DNA of 64,000 nt from an uncultured delta proteobacterium (lineage in GTDB: Bacteria; Desulfobacterota; Binatia; JACPRU01), in contig CAVUWD010000013.1 of assembly GCA_963745025.1 (NCBI GenBank), positions 1 to 64,000 on the forward strand, given 5' to 3'. A program made the position numbers and the translations under genes. The notes under the pieces were generated by a model that saw only the letters and a program-made list of their open reading frames with translations, was not told the origin of the DNA and made no database searches. Every line of letters starts with the position of its first letter. Position 1 is the first letter of the stretch. Positions 29,098-39,900 of the stretch are shown in pieces.

Positions 29098-30881
29098 ATG
29101 AGATCGCGCCCTGGAGCTCTGGGCGGCGTGCTCGGCGTCCTCTTCGTCGTAGTCGCGACTCGCTTTCGCGCAGACGGAAGCCCCACCGCCGCCAGCCGTT
29201 GCCGATGCCACGATCACGCTCACCGCGCGCTCGGCGGCTGTCGGCGTGGGATTTGCTTGGGGCGCAGGGACGCTTGAGTACAAGGGACAACGTTATCCGG
29301 TGCGCGTCGACGGCATGGGGATCGGCGCCGTCGGTCTAGCTTCGGTGACGGCGCGCGGCGTCGTGTATCACTTGAAACAGGTCGACGATCTGAACGGGCA
29401 GTACACGGCGGTCGGTGGAGGCTTGGAGGTCGGGCGGGGTGCGAACCGGCTGCGCATGCGCAACGCCAAGGGTGTCGTGATCGAGGTCGACCGCCGAGGG
29501 CACGGGCGTCTATCTCGGTGTCGGGCTGCGCGGTGTCACGCTCGAGGTCGGTACCGCGGGCGGGCCGCCGGCGTCCGCGGGATTCGCGCTGCCGAAGACC
29601 CTCGGGTTCGGCCAGGCGGCGTTCGGACCGCTGTCGCTGCAGCCGACCCTCAACGTCCAGCTCGCCGGCTTCGCCGAAGGCAACGCGGGGTTCGGGGGCG
29701 AGTGGGCGGCAGGACCGATCCAGAAGAGCGATTTGTCCATGCAGCACTCCAACGAGGTCGGGATGAACGCGGGGGTCGATCTCGGCCAGTACGGGAGCGT
29801 GCGGGGGCGCATCAGCGGCGTCTTTTCGCTGTCGGGCGGGGGCATCGACCCCGGCGCGACGAGCTTCCCGGACTTCAACACCAACTCCTACTCCATCGAA
29901 GCGGCCTTCCTCAGCTGGCAGTCGGGGAACGCCTTTCCCGGCCTCGGGTACAACGCCATCGAGATGGGCTACGGCAACCAGAACTATCAAGTGTTCGACG
30001 GGCTGCTCTTCTGGGAGGGAGGGGTGGATTGCGGCACGCGCGGCGCCTGCTGGCTCTCGCCTCGTAAAGCGTTCCGCGAAGCCGGCACCCTGCGACTGAC
30101 GCTCGGAGGTTGGCTGATCGAGGGCTACCATCTGAAGCTCAACGACGACCCGAGCACCGGCACGCGCCTCGGCGGCGGCCGCATCGAGTACGCGTTTCAA
30201 GATTGGCTCGTGAAGGACATGAAGAGCGGGTTCATGTACTTCAACATCTACGAATCGGATGAACCGTCGCGTGATGGACTGAACGGTTTCTACTTCTACC
30301 AGGAGGCGACGCCGGTCGCGCGGCTGCCGGATTTCCACTACACGACGAGCTTCGTTGCCGAGACGAACTCGGCAGCGGTCGGTAACGCGGAGGCCTACGG
30401 CTGGTACGTTGCTCCCGCCTACACCATCTCGGAGTTGCCGTGGTCGCCGGAGCTCTCCTATCGCTTCGCTTCGTTCAGTGGCGGCGCCGCGCGCAACTTC
30501 GATCCGCTGTTCGCCGGCCTCTCCGACTGGGGGTACTGGTCCCAGGGAGAGCTGCTCGGCGAGTGGGTGCTGCCCAACAGTAATCTGAAGTCGCACATGG
30601 TGCGGCTCAAGCTGACGCCCAACGACGTCTTGACGCTGAACCTCTTCTACTACAAGTTCCTGCTCGCCGACCTGGAGGAGAGCTTCGGCGCGACGCCGAT
30701 GCGCGTCAGCAGTCACCAACTCGCCGACGAGTTCGACACCATTGTCGACATCGCGGCGACCAACTGGTGGTCGATGACGGTCGATCTCACCCTGGCAGTG
30801 CCCAATACCGGCTTTCGCGAGGCCACCGGCGGTAACGCCACCTGGGTCAATGCCATGCTCTACACGAACTTCAACTTCTGA
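29098..30881 (+). CDS. DUF1134-like domain fused to an alginate-export (AlgE-like) outer-membrane beta-barrel; two frameshifts
   Basis: Signal peptide from ATG 29098; shift near 29160; AVGVGFAWGAGTLEYKG domain; shift near 29490; then an open frame into ORF 29733-30881 with YRFASFSG..FDPLF.G..DWG.W.QGE and a C-terminal Phe. Confidence 0.75.
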
Positions 30882-30898
30882 CGGTGGAGACGAAGAGA

Positions 30899-31177
30899 AT
30901 GACAGTCTCCCGCGCGCTTGACCTGTCCTACCGGGCGGTTCAAAACGCCGGGACGATGGCGGTGCGTGCGGACGTCGCAGCTCCACGCGTCCTCGCACCC
31001 GGCGACGTGCGCAACGTGGAAGAACGCACCGCGAAGTCCGTAGGCGAGCCGGTGGATCTGACGGTGCGGGCCCGTACGGACGTCTTGGTCACGGGAAGGC
31101 AATACCAGGCGGTGGGAGACGTGCCGCTACCGGAGGAGAGAAACGGCATGCCGACGCCGGAGGCGCGATCCCCGTGA
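30899..31177 (+). CDS. Small hypothetical protein, possibly the orphan C-terminal fragment of a DUF389-type protein
   Basis: VRADVAAPRVLAPGDVRNVEE...GEPVDLTVR pattern; no signal peptide. Confidence 0.4.
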   Translation: MTVSRALDLSYRAVQNAGTMAVRADVAAPRVLAPGDVRNVEERTAKSVGEPVDLTVRARTDVLVTGRQYQAVGDVPLPEERNGMPTPEARSP

Positions 31178-31231
31178 GCGCCCCGAAGAGCTGATCGGCG
31201 CCACTGTTGGGCGGGTGAGTCGGAGCAGACC

Positions 31232-31909
31232 ATGAGCGACGGGCCAAAATCAGAATGGTTCCTCGAGAGATACCTCGATCCCGCCAGTCGGTTGGGCGAG
31301 GTGCTGTTCGGGCTCATCATGGTGCTGAGCGTTACCCTCACCGCCGGATTGACCGTGGCGGAAGGCGCCGCTGGCGTGCGCCAGCTGCTGGAGGCGGCGC
31401 TCGGCTGCAACGTCGCCTGGGGCATCATCGACGGCATCATGTACGTCATGAACTGCATGACCGCGCGCGGGGAGAAGGCGCACTTCATCCGGGCGATTCA
31501 AAACGCCCCCGACGCACGCGCCGCCCTCGACATCGTCCAGGTCGAAATCGAGCCGCGATTCGAAGCTCTGACCGGACCGGAGAGCCGCGAGGCTCTGTGC
31601 CGGTCGATCCTGGAGTACCTCGCTCGGGCCGAAGCCCCGAAGATCGGCGTGACGAAAGACGATCTCTACGGCGCGCTCGCGTGCTTCTGGCTGGTTTTCC
31701 TGTCGTGCCTGCCGGCGGCAGTGCCGTTCCTGATCTTTTCGGAGCCGAGATGGGCGCTGCGCGTCTCCAACTTTCTCTTGATCGCGATGCTCTTCGTTGT
31801 CGGCTACATTTGGGCGCAGTATGCGCACACCAACCGTATCGTCGCCGGCCTGGTCATGGTGGCCATCGGGCTCGCGCTGGTCGGGGTAGCCGTGCTTCTC
31901 GGTGGATGA
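31232..31909 (+). CDS. VIT1/CCC1-like membrane protein
   Basis: LDP..RLGEVLFGLIMVL, LGCNVAWGIIDG, PAAVPF; about five TM helices. Confidence 0.8.
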   Translation: MSDGPKSEWFLERYLDPASRLGEVLFGLIMVLSVTLTAGLTVAEGAAGVRQLLEAALGCNVAWGIIDGIMYVMNCMTARGEKAHFIRAIQNAPDARAALDIVQVEIEPRFEALTGPESREALCRSILEYLARAEAPKIGVTKDDLYGALACFWLVFLSCLPAAVPFLIFSEPRWALRVSNFLLIAMLFVVGYIWAQYAHTNRIVAGLVMVAIGLALVGVAVLLGG

Positions 31910-31927
31910 CGACGTAGAGGGGATGCC

Positions 31928-32302
31928 ATGTCGATGGAAGTGCATATCGAAGGTCAACGCCTCCTGGTGGTGCGGATTCACGGTGTCTTGCGGCTCAGGG
32001 AGCTCGAGGAAATCCAGCGCGCGGCAGCGAAGTTGATCGGGGAGGTCGGAAAGATCACCCCCCTCATCCTCCTAGACGAGTTCCAGGGTTGGGAGCACGG
32101 AGAGGAATGGGGTGACGTGAGCTTCCTGATCGAATACCAAGACGACATCGAGAAGATGGCGATCGTCGGTCAAGAAAAGTGGCGCGAGGAGGTGCTCCTG
32201 TTTGCCGGCGTCGGGATCCGCAGAAGCCCCGTGCGCTATTTCAACGACTCCGAGAGCGCTCGAGCTTGGCTCGCTACTTCCCGGTGCGAAAGCCGCCGCT
32301 GA
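31928..32302 (+). CDS. SpoIIAA-like (STAS/SEC14) protein
   Basis: FQGWE...WGD..F...IEKMAIVG..KW...VRYF....ARAWL. Confidence 0.88.
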   Translation: MSMEVHIEGQRLLVVRIHGVLRLRELEEIQRAAAKLIGEVGKITPLILLDEFQGWEHGEEWGDVSFLIEYQDDIEKMAIVGQEKWREEVLLFAGVGIRRSPVRYFNDSESARAWLATSRCESRR

Positions 32303-32384
32303 GAGCCAAGATCGGCACCAGGGGCCCGAGGCGGCGACGCCCAGGCAATCACCATCGAACGCGGGCCGGAGCGGCTCGCTCACG

Positions 32385-32891
32385 TCAACCTCTGCCGCGC
32401 TCATCGCCACCGTGTCGCAAGCGCGCGAGGCGATTCGAGAGAGCCCGGGCGAGCGAGTACGGTCCAGCGATCAGACACGGTCCCACGACGAGCGCTGCGC
32501 CAGGATACGAGGCGCCGAGGATCAGCCATTGGCAGACTGCATCCAGGAGGATGCCCATCAACAGGAGGTTCCCGACGCTCTCGAAGCCGCTCTTCATGAG
32601 CTCCCGCCGAAGACCGCGATGGAGGAGGACCCCCTGGAGAAACGGCGGCCGCCCCGCCCGTGCGTCGACCATGCCACCGCGGATGCCGAGGAGAATCGCG
32701 ATCGCGGGTTGCAAGACGAAGCGGAAACGCCCCGGCCCCGTAAGCCGTTTGGGGAGGTCTTCTAGGAACGCACGCGAGAACAGATAGATCCCTCCTCGGT
32801 CGAAGGCATCACGCAGCGACCCGGGCAGCGACAGCGCAAACACGAGTAACGTGAGGACTGCGAGCGTGGAGCTCACGTATCGACCCCTCAT
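32385..32891 (-). CDS. Hypothetical membrane protein
   Basis: RLTGPGRFRFVLQPAIAILLGIR.G..DARAGRPP motif, several TM helices; ATG 32891 preferred. Confidence 0.7.
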   Translation of the reverse strand: MRGRYVSSTLAVLTLLVFALSLPGSLRDAFDRGGIYLFSRAFLEDLPKRLTGPGRFRFVLQPAIAILLGIRGGMVDARAGRPPFLQGVLLHRGLRRELMKSGFESVGNLLLMGILLDAVCQWLILGASYPGAALVVGPCLIAGPYSLARALSNRLARLRHGGDERGRG

Positions 32892-33019
32892 GATCGGCAC
32901 TCGGATCACGCCGGCTCTCGTCCCGCGACTTTCAGCACGGCGGCGCCGGTCGGGGCGCCGCGTCGAAGAACCGTCTTCAACGCCACCGTCCTTCTGAAGA
33001 AGTCGCCATTGGTTCCGGC

Positions 33020-33634
33020 TCAATCGAGAAAGCGGACGCGGCCGGTCCTGAGGTCGTAGATCGCGCCGACGAGCTTCATCTTACCCTCGGCCCTCCGCGC
33101 TCGCCCTTCCGGCGACTCGAGGAGCCGGCGCATGGACCAGCGCACGTTGGCCTCCACCGCGGCCTGGAGCCGCTCTTCGGGGGGCAGCGCGGGATCCACG
33201 TCCGCGAGGCCCGGCAACATGCTCTGTATGATCACCTCGATGCGGCTGCGCTGGCGGACGCCATGAAGCTTCGCGGCGAGCGCCGCTTCGACCGCTCCGC
33301 AGCGTTCGTGCCCGAGCACGACGAACAGCGGCGTCGCGAGGTGGATGCCCGCGTATTGCAGGGTGCCCGCGACCGCCGGCAAGACGACGTTCCCGGCGAC
33401 GCGCACGATGAAAAGCTCGCCGAAACCGGCGTCGAAGACCAGCTCCGGCGGCACCCTCGAGTCGCTGCAGCCGAGGACCGTCGCGTAGGGATGCTGCTTC
33501 TTCGCGAGGCTGGCGAGCACCTCCTTCTGCACGGTAGGGAAGCGCGCCGTGCCGCGCACGAAGCGCCGGTTGCCGGCGGCGAGCCGTGCGAGAGCCGCGT
33601 CGGCGGAGCGGGGGTATACCGGTTTGCGGGTCAC
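33020..33634 (-). CDS. Beta-class carbonic anhydrase
   Basis: CSDSRV, RVAGN and GHERCGAV Zn ligands; GAIYDL.TG.V. Confidence 0.95.
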   Translation of the reverse strand: MTRKPVYPRSADAALARLAAGNRRFVRGTARFPTVQKEVLASLAKKQHPYATVLGCSDSRVPPELVFDAGFGELFIVRVAGNVVLPAVAGTLQYAGIHLATPLFVVLGHERCGAVEAALAAKLHGVRQRSRIEVIIQSMLPGLADVDPALPPEERLQAAVEANVRWSMRRLLESPEGRARRAEGKMKLVGAIYDLRTGRVRFLD

Positions 33635-33710
33635 GCTCGTGGCGAAGCGATGGGCCTGCGGAGCGGAGGACCAACCGAAGGAGGACCCGCTGCCTGCCGG
33701 CGGCGAAGAC

Positions 33711-34276
33711 CTACGGGGTCAGCGCCTTCTCGATCGCCGCGAGGACCACCGCTCGCCGCCCACGTCGAGGAGCAGCCTCTCGAGGTGGCCGGTCGCGGCG
33801 ACGATCCCCCGGGCGCGCTCCAGGAGGTCATTGCGAAAAGTCTTGAGCTCGCGGGGAGAGAGAATCTTCTTCAGCTCCTCGGCATAGAGAAACCAGATCT
33901 TCCTGAGCTCGGGGTCCGGGCCCTTGTGCAGTCGGTCCTCCAGCATCCGGTACGGCCTCGTGCCGGGACGGACACCTTGTTTTTCGCCCGCGGCGAGCAC
34001 GCTCTTGGCCTCGCTCTCGCTGAGATCCCCGTCCGCCCAGGCGATCTCGACGAGGGGGTAGAGCTGGAAGGCGTTCATCAGCTCGCCGTTGAGCTGCGCC
34101 GCCACCAACCGGTCGAGGACCTGCTCGTTCGTCACGCCGGTCGCCTTGCGGATGCTCTCCTTGTCGACCTTCTTCTGAAAGACCGCCTTCAGCTTCTCGA
34201 GGAGCTCGAACTCCTTCTTACGGAAGTACTCCTCCTCCAAATACATCTCTCGGTTCCGGAAGATGTCCTTGGCCAT
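33711..34276 (-). CDS. Protein with an IF1/zeta-like N-terminal helix and a TerB-like domain
   Basis: GAGG RBS; FRNRE..LEEEYFRKKEFELLEKLK; PLVEIAWADGDLSESE TerB-type motif. A probable frameshift near 33750 would restore the ending VLAAIEKALTP* (stop at 33711). Confidence 0.75.
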
Positions 34277-34331
34277 GGCTCGCTACCTCGTGTGGTGATT
34301 TAGCACGGTGCGCCGAACTTGCCGAGCGGAG

Positions 34332-35288
34332 CTATGCTTCCGCCGCGAGCTGCCGGCGGGCGGCGGCGAGTTCCTTCCGCTGCGCGGCGCTCACCTCGGG
34401 ATAGCGCAGATCGAGCGAGGCGAGCGCATCGATGATTGCCGCCGCCACGACCACGCGCGTGAACCACTTGTTGTCGGCGGGCACCACGTACCACGGGGCC
34501 CCCTCGGTGGCAGTCTCGCGGATCGCTTCCTCGTAAGCGTCCATGTAGGCGTCCCAGTGGCGGCGCTCGCGCACGTCGTTGGCGGAGAATTTCCAGTTCT
34601 TCTCGGGATTCTCGAGGCGCTCGAGGAACCGCCGCTTCTGCTCGTCCCGCGAGACGTAGAGGAAGAACTTGCGGATGAGCACGCCGTTGCGGCCGAGGTA
34701 GCGCTCGAACGTCCGGATGTCCTTGTACCTCTCGTCCCAGATCTTCTTGCCGACGAGCTCGGCGGGCACTTTCTGCGCCGCCAGGATCTCCGGATGTACC
34801 CGCACGACGAGCACGTCCTCGTAGTAGGATCGATTGAAGATGCCGATGCGGCCGCGCTCGGGCATCTTCACGTGCGTTCGCCACAGGTAGTCGTGATCGA
34901 GGTCGATGGACGTCGGGGCCTTGAAGGACGTCACCTCGCATCCCTGGGGGTTGACGCCGGACATGACGTGTTTGATCGCGCCGTCCTTGCCGGCCGCATC
35001 CATCGCCTGGAAGACCAACAGGAGCGCCCAGCGATCCGCGGCCCAGAGACGGTCCTGGAGATCGGTCAACGCCCGGATGCCGATCTGCAGCGCCTCCTTG
35101 GCGCGCGGCTTGTCCTCCGAGCCGATCCCGGCCGTGTCGCCCGGATCGACGTCCTTCAGGCGGAAGCCCCTTCCTTTGCTGATTCGGTATGGCTCGGCGA
35201 ACTTGTGAGCGCGCTTGACGAACTGCTTCAGCGAGAGATCGGCCGGAGGCTCGTCGCTGGACGGGGCACGCTTTGCGTCATTGGCCAT
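34332..35288 (-). CDS. ppk2: Polyphosphate kinase 2 family (class III-like)
   Basis: QAMDAAGKDG Walker A, SFKAP, IFNRSYYEDVL, KNWKFS, APWYVVPADNKW. Confidence 0.95.
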   Translation of the reverse strand: MANDAKRAPSSDEPPADLSLKQFVKRAHKFAEPYRISKGRGFRLKDVDPGDTAGIGSEDKPRAKEALQIGIRALTDLQDRLWAADRWALLLVFQAMDAAGKDGAIKHVMSGVNPQGCEVTSFKAPTSIDLDHDYLWRTHVKMPERGRIGIFNRSYYEDVLVVRVHPEILAAQKVPAELVGKKIWDERYKDIRTFERYLGRNGVLIRKFFLYVSRDEQKRRFLERLENPEKNWKFSANDVRERRHWDAYMDAYEEAIRETATEGAPWYVVPADNKWFTRVVVAAAIIDALASLDLRYPEVSAAQRKELAAARRQLAAEA

Positions 35289-35432
35289 GGCTCTGCGAAG
35301 CTCCTCTGTGTCCTACGGGAAGAACCGGAACGGATCGTCGGCCTGCTGCGCTATTCCTGGAACGACGAACTCTCCTGCTCGTGATCGACGATCACGACAT
35401 AGCACCGCCACTCGATCCCGAACTCCTCGCCG

Positions 35433-36911
35433 CTACTCGGGATGCACCTGCCGACCTTGCTTCGGGACGAACGCATCGAGCGCCTCGCGCCGCAGCACAT
35501 AGATGCCGGGATGCGCGGCTTCTTCCTGGCGCCATCCGCCGCCGAGCGCCTTGTAGATCTGAACGGCGGAAACGAGCTGATTGAGCTCGTTGCGCGCCAG
35601 CAAGATCTCGGCGGGAAACAGCTCCTGCTGTGAGTCGAGCACTTCGAAGTAGCTCGAAAAGCCGTCCATGTAGCGCACCAGCGCCACCCGAACGGCCTCC
35701 TGAAGCGCCGCGACCTGACGCCTGCGCTCGACTCCCGCGGCCGCGAACTTCTGCCGCGCCACCAGCGCGCTGGAAACATCGCCGAGCGCGTTCAGCACGG
35801 TCTGCTCGTAGGCGAGCACCGCCGCCTGCCAGTCGACGACGCTGCCCTTGTAGCCATAGTAGAGCCTTCCACCCTGGAACAGCGGGCCCGTGATCGAGGC
35901 GCCGATCGCCCACACGTTGCCGGCGCTCTTGACGATCTTGTCGATGTCTCCCGACTGCCCGCCGTACAGGGAAGTGAGCCCGAAGCGGGGGAAAAAGTCG
36001 CCGACGGCGACGCCGACCAGGGCGTTGGTCGCGACCACGTTTTGTTCCGCCGCCAAAACGTCCGGGCGGCGCTCGAGCAGCGTCGACGGCAGCCCCGGAG
36101 GAACGTCGGGTGGAGGAGGCTGATCGCCGAGATCGGCGCCGCGAGCGATCTCACCCGGCTGGCGGCCGAGCAGAATGCTCAGCTGGTTCTCCTTGGCGAC
36201 GATCTGTCTCTCGATCTCCGGGATCGTCGCCGCGGCGTCGGCGAACGCCGCCTCGGCTCGCGAGGTCGCCAGTTTGTTTCCGACTCCCCCGACCAGCTTT
36301 CGCGTGAATAGGTCGAGCGTCCCTTGGAACGCGTCGCGCGTGCGCTTGGCGATCTCGAGCTCGAGATCGAGCTCGCGGAGCTCGAAGTAGGCCTGCGCCA
36401 CGTCGGTGATCACGTTGAGCACCACTGCGCGACGAACGTCCTCGGTTGCGAACAGATCGGCCAGCGAGGCTTCGGTCGCGCGGCGAATGCGCCCCCAGAC
36501 GTCGATCTCCCAAGCCATCTGGAACGCCCCGAGAAAGACGTTCCCCGTCTCGTTCGGGAAGTCCGGGGATACGAAGAATTTGCCGCGCACCGCTTCGCCG
36601 GTGTAACCCACCTGCGGCATGAGATCCGCGCGCGTGACGCCGACGCTGTAGCGTGCCCGCTCGACCCGCGCGGCGGCGATGCGGGCATCGTAGTTGGCGA
36701 CGAGCGCCTCTTCGACCAAGCCCTTGAGCGTGGGATCCTGAAAGACCTCCCACCAGGGCAGATCCGCGAGCGACTTTTCGTCCGACGGGGCTTCCGCGCC
36801 GCGGTAGCCGGCCGGCGCCTGAACCGTCGGCCGCGAGTAGTTCGGCCCCACCGCGCACCCGGAAAGCGCGAAGGCGACGACCGTGGCGAGGACCAGCGCC
36901 GAGTGCTTCAT
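35433..36911 (-). CDS. RND efflux outer-membrane lipoprotein (NodT/OprM family)
   Basis: Lipobox LSG-C-AVGPNY, WEIDVWGRIRR, LLERRPDV, YKALGGGW; ATG at 36911 overlaps the permease stop. Confidence 0.95.
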   Translation of the reverse strand: MKHSALVLATVVAFALSGCAVGPNYSRPTVQAPAGYRGAEAPSDEKSLADLPWWEVFQDPTLKGLVEEALVANYDARIAAARVERARYSVGVTRADLMPQVGYTGEAVRGKFFVSPDFPNETGNVFLGAFQMAWEIDVWGRIRRATEASLADLFATEDVRRAVVLNVITDVAQAYFELRELDLELEIAKRTRDAFQGTLDLFTRKLVGGVGNKLATSRAEAAFADAAATIPEIERQIVAKENQLSILLGRQPGEIARGADLGDQPPPPDVPPGLPSTLLERRPDVLAAEQNVVATNALVGVAVGDFFPRFGLTSLYGGQSGDIDKIVKSAGNVWAIGASITGPLFQGGRLYYGYKGSVVDWQAAVLAYEQTVLNALGDVSSALVARQKFAAAGVERRRQVAALQEAVRVALVRYMDGFSSYFEVLDSQQELFPAEILLARNELNQLVSAVQIYKALGGGWRQEEAAHPGIYVLRREALDAFVPKQGRQVHPE

Positions 36912-39900
36912 GAATGTGCCCGCTCGTGCGCAGGGACAGCCGCGGCGGGGACTTCGACCCTCTCCCCCTTCTTTCTTCCGAGGCCCTCCACGAAGGCGAA
37001 GTTGCCGGGGATGAGGAAGACGCCCATGAAGGTCGCTATGAGCATTCCGAAGAACACCGCCGTGCCCATGACGTTCTGAGCCCCCGCGCCCGCGCCGCTT
37101 GCTATCATCAGCGGCACCACGCCGAGGATGAACGCGAACGCGGTCATCAGGATCGGCCGGAAGCGCAGCCGTGCGGATTCGAGCGCGGCCTCCTCGACCG
37201 GCATGCCCTCCTCGTGCTTGGCCTTGGCGAACTCGACGATCAGGATCGCGTTCTTGGCGGCGAGGCCGATCAGCATGATGTTGCCGACCTGCACGAAGAC
37301 GTTGTTGTCGTAGCCCATGAGCCAGACGCCGAAGAACGAGCCGAGGGCGACGAGCGGCGAGCCGAGCAGCACCGCCCACGGCAACCGCCAGCTCTCGTAG
37401 AGGGCCGCGAGCAGCAAAAACACGAAGACGATCGCGAGCACGAACGTCGGGCCCGCCGGCGGTGCGACCTTCTCCTGGTATGACATCTGACTGTAGGCGT
37501 AGCCCATTTCCTTCGGCATCGTCTGCGCAAACACCTCCTCGAGTGCCGCCAGCGTCTGGCCCGAGGCGTAGCCGCGCCCGGACGCTCCCTGGAGCTCGAC
37601 GGAACGGAGCATGTTGAAGCGCGTGACGAGCTCGGTGCCGTCCTGGGTGCTGATCCGGACGAGCGTGGAGAGCGGGACCATCTGGTCCGTGGTCTTGCTG
37701 CGCACGTAGATCTTGCCGATGTCGTCAGCCTTGCGTCGGTAGTCCGAATCGGCCTGGACGTACACGCGGAACAGCCGCCCGAAGCGGTTGAAGTCGTTCA
37801 CGTACGTGCCGCCGAGCACGGCCGACATCGCCTGGAAGACTTCGTCTATCGGGACGCCGACTAGCCGCGCCTTCTCGCGGTCGAGGTCGACCTTGACCTG
37901 CGGGTAGCGGGGATCGAACGAGGTGAACAGGTTGCCGATCTCGGGTCGCTGCCGCGCGGCCTCCATGAACTGGCGGCTGAGCGCGCCGAGCTGGTCCACG
38001 CTGAGCGTCCCGCTCCGGTCCTGGAGGAGGAAGTTGAAGCCCGCTGCGGCGCCGAAGCCCGAGATCGTCGGGAGGTTGAACGGGAAGATGATCGCGTCCG
38101 GGATGCGGGAGAACTCTTTCTGTAGCCGCGCCATGATGCCGGTGACGTGCAGCTCGGGGGAGTGGCGCTCATCCCACGGCTTCAGGCGAACGAAGAGCGT
38201 GCCGAAGTTCGGCTGGTAGGTCGAGGTGACGATGCCGTAGCCGCCGACCGTCTGAAAGGACTCGACTCCCTCGGTCTTTTCGACGATCTGCTCGACTTTC
38301 GCCAGGACCGCGCTGGTGCGCTCGAGCGAGGAGGCAGGCGGCAGCGTGACGTTGATGCCCATGATGCCCTGATCCTCGTCGGGAACGAAGCCCGCGGGAA
38401 GCGCGCTGCCGAAGAGGCCGGCGCCGACAGCGACCCCCGCGACGATGACGATCGTGAGCGTGGCCCGCCGCACCAAGAGGCGCGTCCAGTTGACGTACCC
38501 TCCCGTGGTCGCGTCGAACGCCTTGTTGAAGAGCGAATAGAACTTGCCGAGAAGGCCGGTGGTCTTTGCGTGGTGCGGCTTCAGCAACATCGCCGCAAGC
38601 GCCGGCGAGAGCGACAGCGCGTTGAAGGCCGACAGCAGAACCGAGATCGCGATGGTCAGCGCGAACTGCTGGTACATCCGGCCGGTGAGACCGCCGAGGA
38701 ACGCCACGGGAATGAACACCGCGGAGAGGATGAGCGCGATGCCGACGACGGCGCCCGACACCTCCTTCATCGCCTGCTGCGTCGCTTCCTTCGGCGCCAG
38801 GCCGTGCTCGATGTGATGCATGACGGCTTCGACGACGACGATCGCGTCGTCGACGACGATGCCGATCGCGAGCACGAGGCCGAACATCGACAAGGTGTTC
38901 ACCGAGAAGCCGAGCAGCGGGAAGAAGATGAACGTGCCGAGCAGCGAGACCGGGACGGTCACGAGGGGAATGAACGTCGCGCGGAAGTTCTGCAAGAAGA
39001 CGAAGACGACCAGCGTGACGAGAACGACCGCCTCGAAGAAGGTGTGGACGATCGACTCGATCGACGCTTCCACCGCCGGCGTCGTGTCGTACACGATCTT
39101 GTAGTCGAGGTCGGGCGGGAAGATCTCCTTGGCGTGCTTCATGGTCTCGTAGATCGCCTCGGAGGCCTTCAGCTGGTTCGCCCCGGGCAGCAGATAGACG
39201 GCCATCGCGCCGCCGGGCTTGCCGTTCAGCCGGCCGAATGAGTTGTAGTCTTGCGAGCCGAGCTCTGTCCGCCCCACGTCCTTCACGCGGATGATCGCGC
39301 CGGTTTCGGTCTCGCGGATGATGATGTTGTCGAACTCTTCCGTCGTGACGAGGCGCCCGGGAGCGGCCACCGTGTAGGTGAACTCCTGGTCCTTGGGCGA
39401 GGGCGCCATTCCCACGCGCCCCGCGGGAGCCTGCAGGTTCTGCTCCTTGATGGCGGAAATGACGTCGGAGGGCGTGAGGCCGAGCTTGGCGAGCTTGTCG
39501 GGGTTGATCCAGATGCGCATGCCGTAGTCGGTGCCGCCGAATAGGTCGACCTGGGCGATGCCGGGGATGCGCAGCAGCTGGTCGCGCAGGTTGATGCCGC
39601 AGTAGTTGATCAGGAAGTTCGCGTCGTAGCTTCCGTTCGGTGAGTAGAGCGAGATCACCATGAGGATGCTCGGGCTCATCTTCTTGACCGTGACGCCCTG
39701 AGCGATGACTTCCTGGGGCAGGCGCGCCTGGGCGATGGAGACGCGGTTCTGGGTGAGAACGTTCGCCGTGTCCTGGTTGACGCCCACGGTGAAGTTGACG
39801 TCGAGCTGCATGCGGCCGTCGCTGGTGTTGGACGACTTCATGTAGATCATGTTCTCGACGCCGTTCACCTCCTGCTCGATCGGAGTGGCCACGGACTGCT

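Noticed and set aside
29220-30998. 592-aa minus-strand ORF and many similar long Arg/Ala-rich ORFs
   Set aside because: These are stop-poor antisense or alternative frames expected in high-GC DNA opposite well-supported genes.
36912-37379. Apparent extension of the outer-membrane factor ORF (648 aa)
   Set aside because: Out-of-frame overlap with the permease. The lipoprotein signal begins at 36911.
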